The position numbers and the translations under genes are program-made. Shown here piece after piece: positions 19,536 to 30,313 of a stretch of DNA of 64,000 nucleotides (position 1 is the first letter of the stretch; the number at the start of each line of letters is the position of its first letter). Source of the stretch: a virus. The DNA lies in IMG/VR virus record IMGVR_UViG_3300032401_000690, positions 1-64,000 of that record, one strand, 5' to 3'. The notes under the pieces were generated by a model. It saw only the letters and a list, made by a program, of their open reading frames with translations, ran no database searches and was not told the DNA's origin.

Positions 19536-21074
19536 TCAATTGATTCTAATATTTTTATTTAAAATTGTATTATCTGCGTTATTCAGTGTTGATGTTATTT
19601 GTGCAACCGTTACCCCATTAGTTGATGTTGGTATTGGTATACACCCAGGGAATGGATGAACGTGAGATATTAAAAACTTTGTTATTAAAGATAGGAATTT
19701 CATTAATTCCTCACCCCTAACCATAGAGTTTGTACTTGTTCCCTCACCTATAGACACTAATTTATCTTGTGGTATACCATATAATGTTTCCTTTAAATCC
19801 ACAGTAAATGCCCCTGAAGATCGGTGACTCAATAAAAATAATTTATCTGCCCCCATCACAGAATATGTAATTGGGTTTACAATATAATCTCGTTTATTAA
19901 CCTCCTCAATATTAACGTTAGATAAAATACCTAATCTTGGTGGTGTTTTAGCCCAAACTAAACCATACCCTTTTTCTTTATATCCATCACTTAATGTAAT
20001 TTTATTATACAAAATTGATGCCTTTGTGGTACCACCCAAATGATTAATTAAGTCAAATACATCACTAATGATATAACTATAAGTGTTTGAATCTGGACCA
20101 TAAAAGAATGGAAACTGATCCTCAATAAAATATGTGGTATATCCATCAATATTTATAACACCTTCATTAACCCCTTTAATAAAATTGTTTATCAATTCTG
20201 AAGTTTCAGATAAAGTTTTACCGGTAAAATCAATTTTATAGTTAGGTGAAAATGGTTGTCCCAATAATATATCAGTATTAACTGTTATATTTGATACTTT
20301 TATCAAATCACTATTTGTATTTGATAAGTTATAAAATTTAATAACCCCATCATATGTAAATCCAGTTGCATCTAAATTATTGATTGTCCATTGGACATAT
20401 GATTTTGTGTTTATATCTTTATATGTTTCTGTGGTTATAGTTTCGGTACCTGTTGAAACATTTTCTAATTCATAACTTGATAATTGTAAAAACGACCTAC
20501 CATCATTTTTTACAACAGGAACATTCTCATTACCTGAACTTATATATTTACCCGATCTAATCAGTGCCGTTGAATTATTATCACCTTCACTATCTACTAA
20601 AACAAAATCACTACTACCTCTTCCTAAGAATGCGTTATCTCCAGGTTTTGGATATACACCCTCAAGACCTATTTTTATTTTTCCTGTTGTTGGATCAACA
20701 GTTGATTCGGCTTGTTTAAAATTCTCCCCACTTGCCAAAACAGATTGAGAACTATTATAAGATTCAAATTTATTATTCCAAGGTCTTGATATTGGTCCTT
20801 GAGTATAAAATTTATTAGCGTCTTTTCTTTCATCTTTATTTACGTAAGTAATAAATACCAACTCACCTGTTTTAGGTATTTGTGAAATATAGTAAGGTAA
20901 AAGAGGTAAAAATATTAAAGGGTCTTTTGGTCCCCATTTATCGGCATCAGTCCAACCTGTAGGGTAAACAAATGCCATTTGTTCATCCTTAGGCATAATT
21001 CTAATTCTACCAATATGTAATGGATCATTAACATCCATTACTGTTCCAATAAACAACATTTTATTATTTTCCAT
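19536..21074 (-). CDS. Baseplate hub/central spike protein (gp5/gpV/VgrG-like)
   Basis: N-terminal OB-fold signature GTVMDVNDPLHIGRIRI...PKTGELVFI; C-terminal HVH metal-binding spike-tip motif. Confidence 0.7.
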   Translation of the reverse strand: MENNKMLFIGTVMDVNDPLHIGRIRIMPKDEQMAFVYPTGWTDADKWGPKDPLIFLPLLPYYISQIPKTGELVFITYVNKDERKDANKFYTQGPISRPWNNKFESYNSSQSVLASGENFKQAESTVDPTTGKIKIGLEGVYPKPGDNAFLGRGSSDFVLVDSEGDNNSTALIRSGKYISSGNENVPVVKNDGRSFLQLSSYELENVSTGTETITTETYKDINTKSYVQWTINNLDATGFTYDGVIKFYNLSNTNSDLIKVSNITVNTDILLGQPFSPNYKIDFTGKTLSETSELINNFIKGVNEGVINIDGYTTYFIEDQFPFFYGPDSNTYSYIISDVFDLINHLGGTTKASILYNKITLSDGYKEKGYGLVWAKTPPRLGILSNVNIEEVNKRDYIVNPITYSVMGADKLFLLSHRSSGAFTVDLKETLYGIPQDKLVSIGEGTSTNSMVRGEELMKFLSLITKFLISHVHPFPGCIPIPTSTNGVTVAQITSTLNNADNTILNKNIRIN

Positions 21075-21276
21075 TTCGTGATTGATACTCTTTTAATATA
21101 GTATCATAACTTAATTCTAATTTATCAATATGATTTGTCAACTTAATAAGTGTTTCTTTTGTTAAGTCAAAATCTTTTTGTATAAAATCCATTGCCAATT
21201 TCAAGTCTTTATTGGGGCTTGTTTTATAATTTTTAATGATCTCAACAATTTCTGATGATTGTATTTTATTTTCCAT
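21064..21276 (-). CDS. Hypothetical coiled-coil protein
   Basis: 70-aa ORF in operon. Confidence 0.65.
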   Translation of the reverse strand: MENKIQSSEIVEIIKNYKTSPNKDLKLAMDFIQKDFDLTKETLIKLTNHIDKLELSYDTILKEYQSRNGK

Positions 21277-21279
21277 ATC

Positions 21280-23202
21280 TTACATTACTAATCCAAATGC
21301 CGTATCTGGTATGGTTTGATTTGTTGGTAATACACTTAAGATCCCAATACCAATATCAACTCTAGCATTTTCTGTCATTTCTTTATCCATACCATCAATA
21401 ATTCCTTTTATTGCTGCCAACATTAAATTAGGGCTTCCATCCGGCATAGGACCTGTTGGTAAACCAAGACTTTCAAATTCACTAATTACATTTAAAAACG
21501 CCCCTGTTTTAGAATAACCTTTTCTTAATTTACTTGCCAATAATAACGGTAATGGTAGTTGTTTTGTTTTACTTTGTATCTGGGATAACAACATTTGTAA
21601 ATCATTTAGAATTGATTTACATTCCCTAAAATCTTTAATTAATTTAGCAATTGACATAATAAGTGCAACTAATGACAAAATCATATCCGCATATTTTTTT
21701 GTTTTTTCCTTAGCGATATCCGCAATGATTCCAGCGATCAATATTTTAATATCCTTCTTAATTATGTTAAATATAATTTTAATAAATAACGACGTAATTT
21801 TTGAAACAAGTTCTGAAAAATATGTTTTTAATTTTTCGGCAAAATCCATAAATGAATTTATTTCATCAACAAATGTTTGACCTAAAGATTTTGCCATTAT
21901 CATAATTGGTAAAACAACTTTTGGTGATAATATTGACATTACCAATGCCTTTGGAAATTCTTTAAGGAAACTTAAATCAATGTTAATTTCTAATGGAAAA
22001 AACCCATTTGTTATTGTTTCTGTTATATTTGCCGCATCATTTATTGTGTTATTATTATTTTTACCATCAATATAGTTTAATGTTGCAACAGAATTAATAA
22101 TTGCATCGGCATCAACAGGTAATTTTACCGTCCCACATTCCTCAAATTCAGAAACACCCAATTTAATATCTGATATTTTTTGATCTATCGTTCTTAAATC
22201 TATTTCCGAAAATTCAAAAAATGATTTATCAATATTATCAAATTCGGATACTTTGGAAATACCACTAACATCAATCTCAGTTGTTGAATCAAAACATAAA
22301 CCCAAGATTCGTTTAAGTATTAATAATATTTTATTTAAATCACCCAAATTTATATCCCCATCACCTCTTTTAATTGATAATGCTCCGGTAAGTTGGTTAA
22401 TTAAATTTGCGAACATATTCTTAAAATCAAAGATTTCAATTGTACTATAATAATCCTCAAGAAATTCAACAACTTTAGTTACCTCTCTAGTTTTTAAATC
22501 TACTTTATAAAAATTTCCTTGAATAAGACCATTTATAGGATCATTATATGATTCAACATATGTGATATCAAAAAGTTCTTGACCTGACGTTCCAAGATAA
22601 CTTAATGTTGCCGGAACGGAATATGGTTGGTTAATGTTTTGCATCCGATCATACAAAGATCTATTTAACGAAAAGGGGAAAGTCCCATATTGAATACTTT
22701 CTTTTTCATATGTGATTTTACCAACATCACTATCTGGATCCTCCTTTAAGAAGTTTACCAAATCAAATGATTTAACTCTTAAATAAATTGATTGATTTGC
22801 AACAAATTCTTGATCCTGAGCACAACCAATTGCACTAGTACCTAAACTATTTAGAATATCTTTTATTTGGGGTTTTAATTCTGTTAATGCGGTAACAAAA
22901 ACTCTTTTCAAATATTTTACAGTTTTTGTGGTTCCACTTTTTTCTTTACCATTTGACAATAATTTATTTATATCTAAAAGTTCGTCAAATTGAGTTTTCC
23001 TTTTTTCTATTTTTTTTTCAAAATCCTTCGCTTTTTGCGTTAAACTTGATAATTGTTCTGTTTTTTCTTTTTTTGGAGTTTCAAAAGATTCTCCTTTTCT
23101 TTTTTTAAGGTCGTCAGTGTCTTTTTTTATGTCCTTATACTTTTGCGTTGCAGATACTTTCTTTTGAACCGCCTTATATCCGTCATTTAAATCTAATGCC
23201 AT
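21280..23202 (-). CDS. Large hypothetical protein (possibly baseplate/tail associated)
   Basis: 640-aa ORF upstream of hub gene. Confidence 0.6.
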   Translation of the reverse strand: MALDLNDGYKAVQKKVSATQKYKDIKKDTDDLKKRKGESFETPKKEKTEQLSSLTQKAKDFEKKIEKRKTQFDELLDINKLLSNGKEKSGTTKTVKYLKRVFVTALTELKPQIKDILNSLGTSAIGCAQDQEFVANQSIYLRVKSFDLVNFLKEDPDSDVGKITYEKESIQYGTFPFSLNRSLYDRMQNINQPYSVPATLSYLGTSGQELFDITYVESYNDPINGLIQGNFYKVDLKTREVTKVVEFLEDYYSTIEIFDFKNMFANLINQLTGALSIKRGDGDINLGDLNKILLILKRILGLCFDSTTEIDVSGISKVSEFDNIDKSFFEFSEIDLRTIDQKISDIKLGVSEFEECGTVKLPVDADAIINSVATLNYIDGKNNNNTINDAANITETITNGFFPLEINIDLSFLKEFPKALVMSILSPKVVLPIMIMAKSLGQTFVDEINSFMDFAEKLKTYFSELVSKITSLFIKIIFNIIKKDIKILIAGIIADIAKEKTKKYADMILSLVALIMSIAKLIKDFRECKSILNDLQMLLSQIQSKTKQLPLPLLLASKLRKGYSKTGAFLNVISEFESLGLPTGPMPDGSPNLMLAAIKGIIDGMDKEMTENARVDIGIGILSVLPTNQTIPDTAFGLVM

Positions 23203-23207
23203 AATTA

Positions 23208-23573
23208 TTATAATTTATAATTTTTATCTTCAGATATATCCTTCTCAATTAAATTTTTAATTATATCATCATCTAAATCAATATCCGAAAGGGTAAAGTC
23301 ATCTTGTTTCTCAGTTGACTTTTGCCACATTTGGGATTGTAATTTTGAAAGGGTTAATTTTTTATCAACACAATCGTTTATGATTTTTTGTTGTTTTTCA
23401 ATAACAGGGCCAATAAGTTGCATATCTTCTGGTTCCTTCATCATTGTAAGCATTTTATTTTGAATCCTAATTGCGGTATTTCTTTGTTCCACAAGTTCAT
23501 TGTAGATCTCTTGCATCAATGATAACATTGATTCTTTGGTTAAATTAATTTGTTTTTTTTGTGGTCTTGCCAT
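23208..23573 (-). CDS. Hypothetical helical protein
   Basis: 121-aa ORF with upstream TATTTAT. Confidence 0.65.
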   Translation of the reverse strand: MARPQKKQINLTKESMLSLMQEIYNELVEQRNTAIRIQNKMLTMMKEPEDMQLIGPVIEKQQKIINDCVDKKLTLSKLQSQMWQKSTEKQDDFTLSDIDLDDDIIKNLIEKDISEDKNYKL

Positions 23574-23593
23574 AACAATAAATAGTGAAAACT

Positions 23594-24340
23594 TTATTTT
23601 AACATATCTTGAATTAGTTGAAAATACATTTTCTTATATCTTTTAATAGAACTTCTAATTTCCTTCGTTGATAAATTTGTCATTTCCCTCAATTCAAAAA
23701 GGATAACATTTTTATTAAATTTATTATTGGTTGTATCTAAAAATATGTTTTTATAATTTTCAAACATATCATAAAGGGCTTGACCTAACTTAATTTCCTG
23801 TTCAGTGATTTGTTTATCACCCATAGTGTCAGTTAACTTTTTAAGGAAATTTTTAATTATTTCCTCAGTTGTTATACCATCATTCTCAATATAATAGATC
23901 ATATCGGGACTATGTTGTAAGTCCGAAGATATGTCCTCATATGAGATTTTTCTATTTGTTTCTTTTTGGTCTTTCATTATTTGACCCATCAAATAGTTTT
24001 TACAAATTGTCCCAAAATACGAATAAGCCTTTTTTTCTTTTGCCGGCTTAAACTTGTCTATTTTAGTCATTAAGAATGAGTGTGTATCTACATGAACTTC
24101 TTCAAAGTTCATATCTTTTCTATACAATTTGTATCTTCGTATTATTGATGATATCATTTTGTCTAAAGGATGTTTTAAAAACTCGTTGTAAATTTTATTC
24201 TTCTCTTCAAAAGTCTCTGCGGTTAGATACATTCTAACCGCATTTTCCTCTCTTTCGTCAAAATAATTATTAGGTTTTGGTTTTCTTCCTTTCTTTTTTA
24301 CATCATTTGTGTCGTTTAAAATGGTTTCATTTTCGGTCAT
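23594..24340 (-). CDS. Phage sigma factor for late transcription (T4 gp55-like)
   Basis: KIDKFKPAKEKKAYSYFGTICKNYL matches sigma region 2 pattern (KF.P....AFSYFT.I..N); N-terminal NYF motif. Confidence 0.65.
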   Translation of the reverse strand: MTENETILNDTNDVKKKGRKPKPNNYFDEREENAVRMYLTAETFEEKNKIYNEFLKHPLDKMISSIIRRYKLYRKDMNFEEVHVDTHSFLMTKIDKFKPAKEKKAYSYFGTICKNYLMGQIMKDQKETNRKISYEDISSDLQHSPDMIYYIENDGITTEEIIKNFLKKLTDTMGDKQITEQEIKLGQALYDMFENYKNIFLDTTNNKFNKNVILFELREMTNLSTKEIRSSIKRYKKMYFQLIQDMLK

Positions 24341-25143
24341 TAAACTTCTTGAGGTTCATACTTTATCTCTCTTTGATTAATAAACAAATATTCTTTCTTT
24401 GCCAAATCAATCCAAAATCTTACCTCATCCTCACTTAATCTGTTATCACCATTTTTATAATTCCAGAATATAGATCCTTCTCTTAAATTGGTGTGTTTAT
24501 AACCGATCTTAGGTATAGTCATAAAATTAACAGAGTTTTGTGTCATTCTTAATAAGAACTCGTAACCAAATGTTAATTTAAACGATGTCTTCATCATACC
24601 ATAATCAATAAACGATTCTTTTTTAATCATCATACCTGATATTTGGAAATTCTGATAAGACAATAATGTCTCATTAGTTAAGACACCCATCTCTTCTGAG
24701 AAATTTGCCGCGAATGTTGCCTCATTTGTGAATCCAACAAATACACCTTTTTCATCAACATCAACTACGATAGGTAGAAACGCATCAACTTTAGGGTAGA
24801 TATCCGCATAACTCTTAAAGTTCTTTACCCAAATGTTTGAGAATTCATCATCAAATTCAAGGATTGATACCCATTTAGATGTTGCAACTTTAACTCCGTG
24901 ATTTACTTGACCACAGAAGTTAGGTTCCTTTGCCCAATTTTCAAACTTTACGTTCATACCCTCAAAGTCATAAGACTCCAAATGGTTCTTTAAGAATGTT
25001 TCATCAGTATGGACGATAACCAATTCATCGATTGAGACCTTCTGATTTTTAATTGATGTGATTGCTTTGTCGAAATAGTCCTCAAAGAATCCATTATTTC
25101 CTGATTTAATTGGTAGGATTACCGAAACTGTATTATTTTCCAT
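24340..25143 (-). CDS. Glycosyltransferase family 2
   Basis: VSVILP start, LEFDD acidic motif. Confidence 0.75.
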   Translation of the reverse strand: MENNTVSVILPIKSGNNGFFEDYFDKAITSIKNQKVSIDELVIVHTDETFLKNHLESYDFEGMNVKFENWAKEPNFCGQVNHGVKVATSKWVSILEFDDEFSNIWVKNFKSYADIYPKVDAFLPIVVDVDEKGVFVGFTNEATFAANFSEEMGVLTNETLLSYQNFQISGMMIKKESFIDYGMMKTSFKLTFGYEFLLRMTQNSVNFMTIPKIGYKHTNLREGSIFWNYKNGDNRLSEDEVRFWIDLAKKEYLFINQREIKYEPQEV

Positions 25144-25144
25144 A

Positions 25145-26206
25145 TTATTCAATTGTTTCAAATTTTATTAGTTGATCTTCAAAAGAAGTTAATCTTGTTT
25201 TAATCATTTTTTCAAATAACGAGATTACGTTGTTATCAAATTCTTCCTTATTAGAATAATTCAAAATAGTTTTTTCCATTTCATCATAAATGACTGGGTT
25301 AATATTGTCCTCTAACCAATTTTGAATATAATCAGCAACAACGTCAACCATCATATTTGGGTTATTGATCCAAATACCATTATCTTCTGTCATCCATTCT
25401 GGTTGTAGGTTAGGAACTAAACCAATCACAGGTATTCCCATCTTAAATGATTCCAATGGGAATGTCCCAAATCCACTTGTTTGGTCAATCCAAACTGAAC
25501 AGAAACTTTCTTTCATTGCATTTGCAAATTCAACTTCCGATAAACCTCTTAAATCTCTAAATGTGATCCAACGATATTGTGGGAATTTAGAATAAAAAGA
25601 TTTAATCATATTAACCGTATCTCTATGGTCTCTTGTATGAACTGAAATTACAGTTTTTGGTGGGAGTACTTGTTTTTCAAATACCTCAGAAATAACAGGT
25701 GAAATAACCTCAGATGAAATTCCTCTCATTACTGACTCAACATATTCCTTTTGTCTTTCTGATGTTGTGATACATTTGTAAAAACCTAATTTTGTCCAAG
25801 TATCACCAGGGTTTAAAGTTTCAAAGATGTGATCATATGCTTGACATAAAACAATTTTACCACAAGGTAATTTTGTTATTTGATCCATAACAAAACCATA
25901 AACTTCAGGGATGATTATAAGATCTTCAGGGGATATTGCCAAATTTGTTCCCTCAATTGCACTATGTGGTAAATGAGTCATATAGTCTTCAGACAACCAA
26001 CTACCAACACCGAAATAATCAGGTTTCTCATGCAAGATCATTGCATTATAACCATTTGTTTTTAGTGTCATTGCCATTTGATAAATGTATCTAACTGAAG
26101 CTTTTGCGTTACCTTTTGTGTCTTGCACCAAAAAGTAGATTCTTGATGATTTGTCCTTCATATTTTGAACGGACTTTTCAAGTTTTAATATTTGTTCTTG
26201 ATTCAT
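25145..26206 (-). CDS. GT-B fold glycosyltransferase (GT4-like)
   Basis: IIIPE; SGFGTFPLESFKMGIPVIG donor-binding motif. Confidence 0.75.
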   Translation of the reverse strand: MNQEQILKLEKSVQNMKDKSSRIYFLVQDTKGNAKASVRYIYQMAMTLKTNGYNAMILHEKPDYFGVGSWLSEDYMTHLPHSAIEGTNLAISPEDLIIIPEVYGFVMDQITKLPCGKIVLCQAYDHIFETLNPGDTWTKLGFYKCITTSERQKEYVESVMRGISSEVISPVISEVFEKQVLPPKTVISVHTRDHRDTVNMIKSFYSKFPQYRWITFRDLRGLSEVEFANAMKESFCSVWIDQTSGFGTFPLESFKMGIPVIGLVPNLQPEWMTEDNGIWINNPNMMVDVVADYIQNWLEDNINPVIYDEMEKTILNYSNKEEFDNNVISLFEKMIKTRLTSFEDQLIKFETIE

Positions 26207-26210
26207 ATTG

Positions 26211-26471
26211 TTATAGTTTATTTATTATTTTCTTAATTAATAGTGTATTAAATGCCAATTTAAAGGGTAAAGGTAATTCACTTGAGTTCATTCCTAATTT
26301 TTCATCAATTTCGTCTGGATGTTCCATTACGATTTCTAACATAAATTTAACAGTTTCGTACTTCACCAAATGTATTTGATTATCCGTTTCACCCGATACT
26401 GGATCAATTGTTGTATAATCCTCAATAGCGTCTAAGTCAATGTAATAATGTTCGCCTAAAATTTTAAACAT
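26211..26471 (-). CDS. Hypothetical protein
   Basis: 86-aa ORF in operon. Confidence 0.65.
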   Translation of the reverse strand: MFKILGEHYYIDLDAIEDYTTIDPVSGETDNQIHLVKYETVKFMLEIVMEHPDEIDEKLGMNSSELPLPFKLAFNTLLIKKIINKL

Positions 26472-27150
26472 ATTCTTTAATTTTTTTAATCAATTCCTCA
26501 AATTCAGATAACGATGAAATTTGATGTTCGGAATTTATTTGTTTATTGTAGTCAGTGTTAAATTTTATTACCATTTTATCTGACGGATGGTTTAATAATA
26601 AGTCAGGGTTTGCCGTAAGTAAAATGTCTACATTATCCCACATTGAATTTTTTGTTTGATTACTGTAAAAAAATACTTGTTCAACCAAACACCCAAATTT
26701 AGATAAGAAAAATAGTGATGAAGGTTTTGATCTACCAATCTCATCAGAAACAATTATGATATCGTTTTCTTCTCTTAAGTTGTGATATAATTCATTTAAA
26801 TAATTGAAGGTTGATGTTTCGGTGGATGAGGCATGACCAAATAATTCCATCGTATATTCCTCAAACATAAATGAATATAATTCTTCTTTTGATTGGAAAG
26901 AAAAATGTTTTTCCAAATCCAACGAATCAACATCACTTAACACTTCATATTTAAAATAATTAACATCCACATTTTCAGTTAGACCCAAAACCACTTCAGT
27001 ATCTCCCGAAAACGTTAATTCATATGTTTTATCTACAGAAATATACGCAAGAGAGTCCAATAAATGTTTTTCGTATAATTGTTTGAATTTACCAATGGTG
27101 TCTCTTAAAACACCATTAATCTCAATCCCTATTCTCTTTGTCATATTCAA
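26464..27150 (-). CDS. 5'(3')-deoxyribonucleotidase-like HAD-fold protein with degenerate motif I
   Basis: RIGIEINGVLRD in place of RIGIDxDGVLxD; C-terminal YN...I..L.E pattern. Confidence 0.55.
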   Translation of the reverse strand: MNMTKRIGIEINGVLRDTIGKFKQLYEKHLLDSLAYISVDKTYELTFSGDTEVVLGLTENVDVNYFKYEVLSDVDSLDLEKHFSFQSKEELYSFMFEEYTMELFGHASSTETSTFNYLNELYHNLREENDIIIVSDEIGRSKPSSLFFLSKFGCLVEQVFFYSNQTKNSMWDNVDILLTANPDLLLNHPSDKMVIKFNTDYNKQINSEHQISSLSEFEELIKKIKEYV

Positions 27151-27865
27151 ATAATATTTTGGTGATTAATGGGTTTCTAACGTTCTTAGCGTCTCTAAAA
27201 TCGTAAACACCGATATCAGAAACATTCTTAAATTTTTGTATTGCGTCGTATAGTCCCGATTGTTTTTTATCTTTATATCTGTCCGTTTGTTCAAGATCTC
27301 CCGAAATAAAGAATTTACTGTTATAACCAATTCTTGTTAATAACAATTTCATTTGGTTAGGTGTTGAATTTTGTGCTTCCTCAAAAATAAGAATTGAGTT
27401 ATCAATATTCATTCCTCTCATATATGCCAAAGCAAATACCTCAATAATTTCAGCCTTCTTTAATTCTTCCCTTGCTTCTTTACCAATAATTTTATTTAAT
27501 AAATAATACGAGGGGAAGATATAAGGATCCAGTTTCTCTTCAAGATTTCCCGGTAATGATCCCAACTTTTCTTCAGCTTCAACTGCCGGTCTAACAATAA
27601 TAATTTTTTCATATGAATTGTTTGGATCCATTAATAAATCTACTGCCGCCTTCATTGCGATAAAACTTTTACCAACACCCGCAGGACCTGAAGCGACCGT
27701 AATTTGATTATTCTTTAAAATGTTATAATAATCTTCTTGGTGTTCAGATAAAAATTTGTTTTTTTGTTTTCGTTTAATTACCGAGTTAATGAAGTCCTTT
27801 CTTGAAAAGGGTTTAGAGTCTACGGTATCTGTGTTAATTGATGGATCTAATTTTTTTCTTGTCAT
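27122..27865 (-). CDS. phoH: PhoH-like ATPase
   Basis: GPAGVGKS, RPAVEAEEKLGSLPG, AYMRG, EAQN, LTRIG, GDLEQTD. Confidence 0.95.
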   Translation of the reverse strand: MTRKKLDPSINTDTVDSKPFSRKDFINSVIKRKQKNKFLSEHQEDYYNILKNNQITVASGPAGVGKSFIAMKAAVDLLMDPNNSYEKIIIVRPAVEAEEKLGSLPGNLEEKLDPYIFPSYYLLNKIIGKEAREELKKAEIIEVFALAYMRGMNIDNSILIFEEAQNSTPNQMKLLLTRIGYNSKFFISGDLEQTDRYKDKKQSGLYDAIQKFKNVSDIGVYDFRDAKNVRNPLITKILFEYDKENRD

Positions 27866-27871
27866 ACTTAT

Positions 27872-28867
27872 TTATTTTTGTGTGTTAGTATTTAGTTTAG
27901 TCATCCACCCATCAATCATATCATCCATTAAAGTTTCAAATGAATATTCAGGACTCCATCCTAATGTCGTTCTTATTTTTGTTGAGTCTCCCTTTAAATA
28001 TTTTAACTCTTCAGCTCTTAAAAATTTTTCATTTTGAGAAACATATTTTGTGTAATCTAAATCTAATTTTTTAAAAACGTATTCAACCATTTCCCTCACT
28101 GAATGAGTTGTCATTGTTGATACAACAAAATCATCGGGTTGGGTATGATTGGTCATCATATGTATTGCTTTAACATAATCTTTAGAATGCCCCCAATCAC
28201 GATAAGAATCCATATTCCCCAATTCCAATTTATTTGATAGACCAAGTTTAATTTCAACGGCAGTTTTAACAACTTTGTTTGTTACAAAATTAGATGCTCT
28301 TCTAGGTGATTCGTGATTAAACAATATTCCGTTACAAGCGTGTAACCCATATGCATTTCTATAATTTCTAACAATATTATAAGCAAAAACTTTTGAACAT
28401 CCGTAAGGACTAACAGGAGTCATAGGTGTTGTTTCTCTTTGGAAACCGTCCTCATCAACTGAATTACCAAACATTTCTGAAGAACTCGCTTGATAAAATT
28501 TAGCGTTAGGACAAGATCTTCTATATGCTTCTAATATATTTAAAACTCCTATTGCGTTTGTTTGTACGGTAAATTGTGGTATATCAAAACTAATTCTAAC
28601 GTGACTTTGTGCTGCTAAATTATAAATTTCATCAGGTTGTATAATATCCAATAATTTTTCTAAACCTCCCTGATCTAATAAATCACCATAATGAATATTT
28701 AAATTATTCCTAACGTCTTCGGTAAATCTACTTTGTTGGGACTCAACCGTTGAATTCCTTCTTATAATTCCGTGTACTTCATATCCAAGATCAAGTAAAT
28801 ATTCGGCCAAATATGATCCATCTTGTCCATTAATTCCTGTTATAAAAGCTTTTTTTTGTTTGCTCAT
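27872..28867 (-). CDS. gmd: GDP-mannose 4,6-dehydratase
   Basis: ITGINGQDGSYLAE, YNLAAQSHV, FYQASSSEMFG, SPYGCSK, LFNHESPRR, RDWGH. Confidence 0.97.
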   Translation of the reverse strand: MSKQKKAFITGINGQDGSYLAEYLLDLGYEVHGIIRRNSTVESQQSRFTEDVRNNLNIHYGDLLDQGGLEKLLDIIQPDEIYNLAAQSHVRISFDIPQFTVQTNAIGVLNILEAYRRSCPNAKFYQASSSEMFGNSVDEDGFQRETTPMTPVSPYGCSKVFAYNIVRNYRNAYGLHACNGILFNHESPRRASNFVTNKVVKTAVEIKLGLSNKLELGNMDSYRDWGHSKDYVKAIHMMTNHTQPDDFVVSTMTTHSVREMVEYVFKKLDLDYTKYVSQNEKFLRAEELKYLKGDSTKIRTTLGWSPEYSFETLMDDMIDGWMTKLNTNTQK

Positions 28868-28881
28868 TTTTATTTATTTTA

Positions 28882-29490
28882 TTATTTATTTGATGTTTTA
28901 AAAATATCCATTTGTGTTAAATCAGGCCAATCAATTACTGACCATTTTCTTGGCGGTGTATCTATTGCTAATTGTAATTTTTCTAAACCTAATTGTGCGG
29001 TTTCAGGTGTCATATAATAATGAAAACCAATAGTATTAATATTTTGATCTCTCCAAGGAGTATCGGGTAATCTACCGTCATATGACATTTTTTTTAAGGT
29101 AAAATAATCGTCTTCATTATCAAGTAAAATAATCCCACCTCTACCTAATGAAAGATGTTTTTGGTATTGGAAACTGATACACATAAATGTATTTGATATG
29201 TAACTATCTTTTCTCCAAAGAACTGCGGCATCAATAATTCTTTTATCTCCGTAATTTAATGTGTAATAATCTTCCCATTCTTCATCTCTCCATTCTCGGT
29301 CTAAACCCATTTTTTCCGATAAGAATGGAACAGATAAATAAGTCCTTTTAGGGACATTTATTTTAGTTTCTTTAGTATACCTTAAACACAATTCAATTCC
29401 GTGAGTACAACTATCAACCGCCACGGCGTATTTTGATCCAAAAAAATTCGCAATTAACTCTTCAAAATTTTTAATTGACTGAAACGACAT
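28882..29490 (-). CDS. Short DegT/DnrJ-family PLP-dependent sugar aminotransferase
   Basis: FE..IA.F.G.KYAVAVDSCT; IIDAA; SFQYQKHLSLGRGG (PLP lysine). Confidence 0.8.
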   Translation of the reverse strand: MSFQSIKNFEELIANFFGSKYAVAVDSCTHGIELCLRYTKETKINVPKRTYLSVPFLSEKMGLDREWRDEEWEDYYTLNYGDKRIIDAAVLWRKDSYISNTFMCISFQYQKHLSLGRGGIILLDNEDDYFTLKKMSYDGRLPDTPWRDQNINTIGFHYYMTPETAQLGLEKLQLAIDTPPRKWSVIDWPDLTQMDIFKTSNK

Positions 29491-29509
29491 AATATTTCAT
29501 TTTTAATTT

Positions 29510-30313
29510 TTATTTACCCTCAATAAAGGTTTTAAAAATGTAGTCCTCGGCAAGAGAAAAGTCAATTGATCTTTTAAAGTTATCATTTACCGAATCCATT
29601 TTACTATAATATAATTCAAATGATAAATCTTCAATTTTAAATTTATTATCTAACATTATTATCCCATTAGTATTAAAATAATCACCAATATTACTAATAC
29701 CATAATAAATTGGAATCGTTCCTGTCATAAAACAATCTGTAATTTTTTCCGTAAACATATTTGAATATGTTGCGTTCTCCATTGCAAATGAAAAACAATA
29801 ATCTTTTAACCCATCTTCTTTATTATTTATGGGGTTATAACCTCTACCAAAATGATCACAGTCTTTAGAAAATTTATGAATCATTTGTTGTCTATAAATG
29901 TGTTCCGAACACATAGTTTTGTTTGATGCAATCATAGAAACCAATTTAGTTTTTGGATATATTTCACCGTGGGAAAAATATGATTTACCACTACATAATG
30001 TCAATTCAAAAATATCTGATAATTTTGATAATTCAACGTCGTGAGTAAAAACTTTTATAAATTTATTTTTTAATGTATTAATATTTTTTGAACACCAATC
30101 ATATAAATGTGGTATTATCGTTTTTGATTCACATAACCACCCATAATTTTTAGTTTGATGATTAAATGGTGAGTGTAAACCATTATCGATATGTATTGAT
30201 ATTGAAGCTGATCCGTCTTTAATCCACTCAATAAATTTTGGGGGTAAATCGTTTGTTGAGATACTATGTTGGAAACCTCCACCTATCATATTAATTTTTA
30301 CTCTGTCAATCAT
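29510..30313 (-). CDS. Glycosyltransferase family 10 (alpha-1,3-fucosyltransferase-like)
   Basis: FSFAMEN...FTEKITDCFMTGTIPIYYG. Confidence 0.8.
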   Translation of the reverse strand: MIDRVKINMIGGGFQHSISTNDLPPKFIEWIKDGSASISIHIDNGLHSPFNHQTKNYGWLCESKTIIPHLYDWCSKNINTLKNKFIKVFTHDVELSKLSDIFELTLCSGKSYFSHGEIYPKTKLVSMIASNKTMCSEHIYRQQMIHKFSKDCDHFGRGYNPINNKEDGLKDYCFSFAMENATYSNMFTEKITDCFMTGTIPIYYGISNIGDYFNTNGIIMLDNKFKIEDLSFELYYSKMDSVNDNFKRSIDFSLAEDYIFKTFIEGK

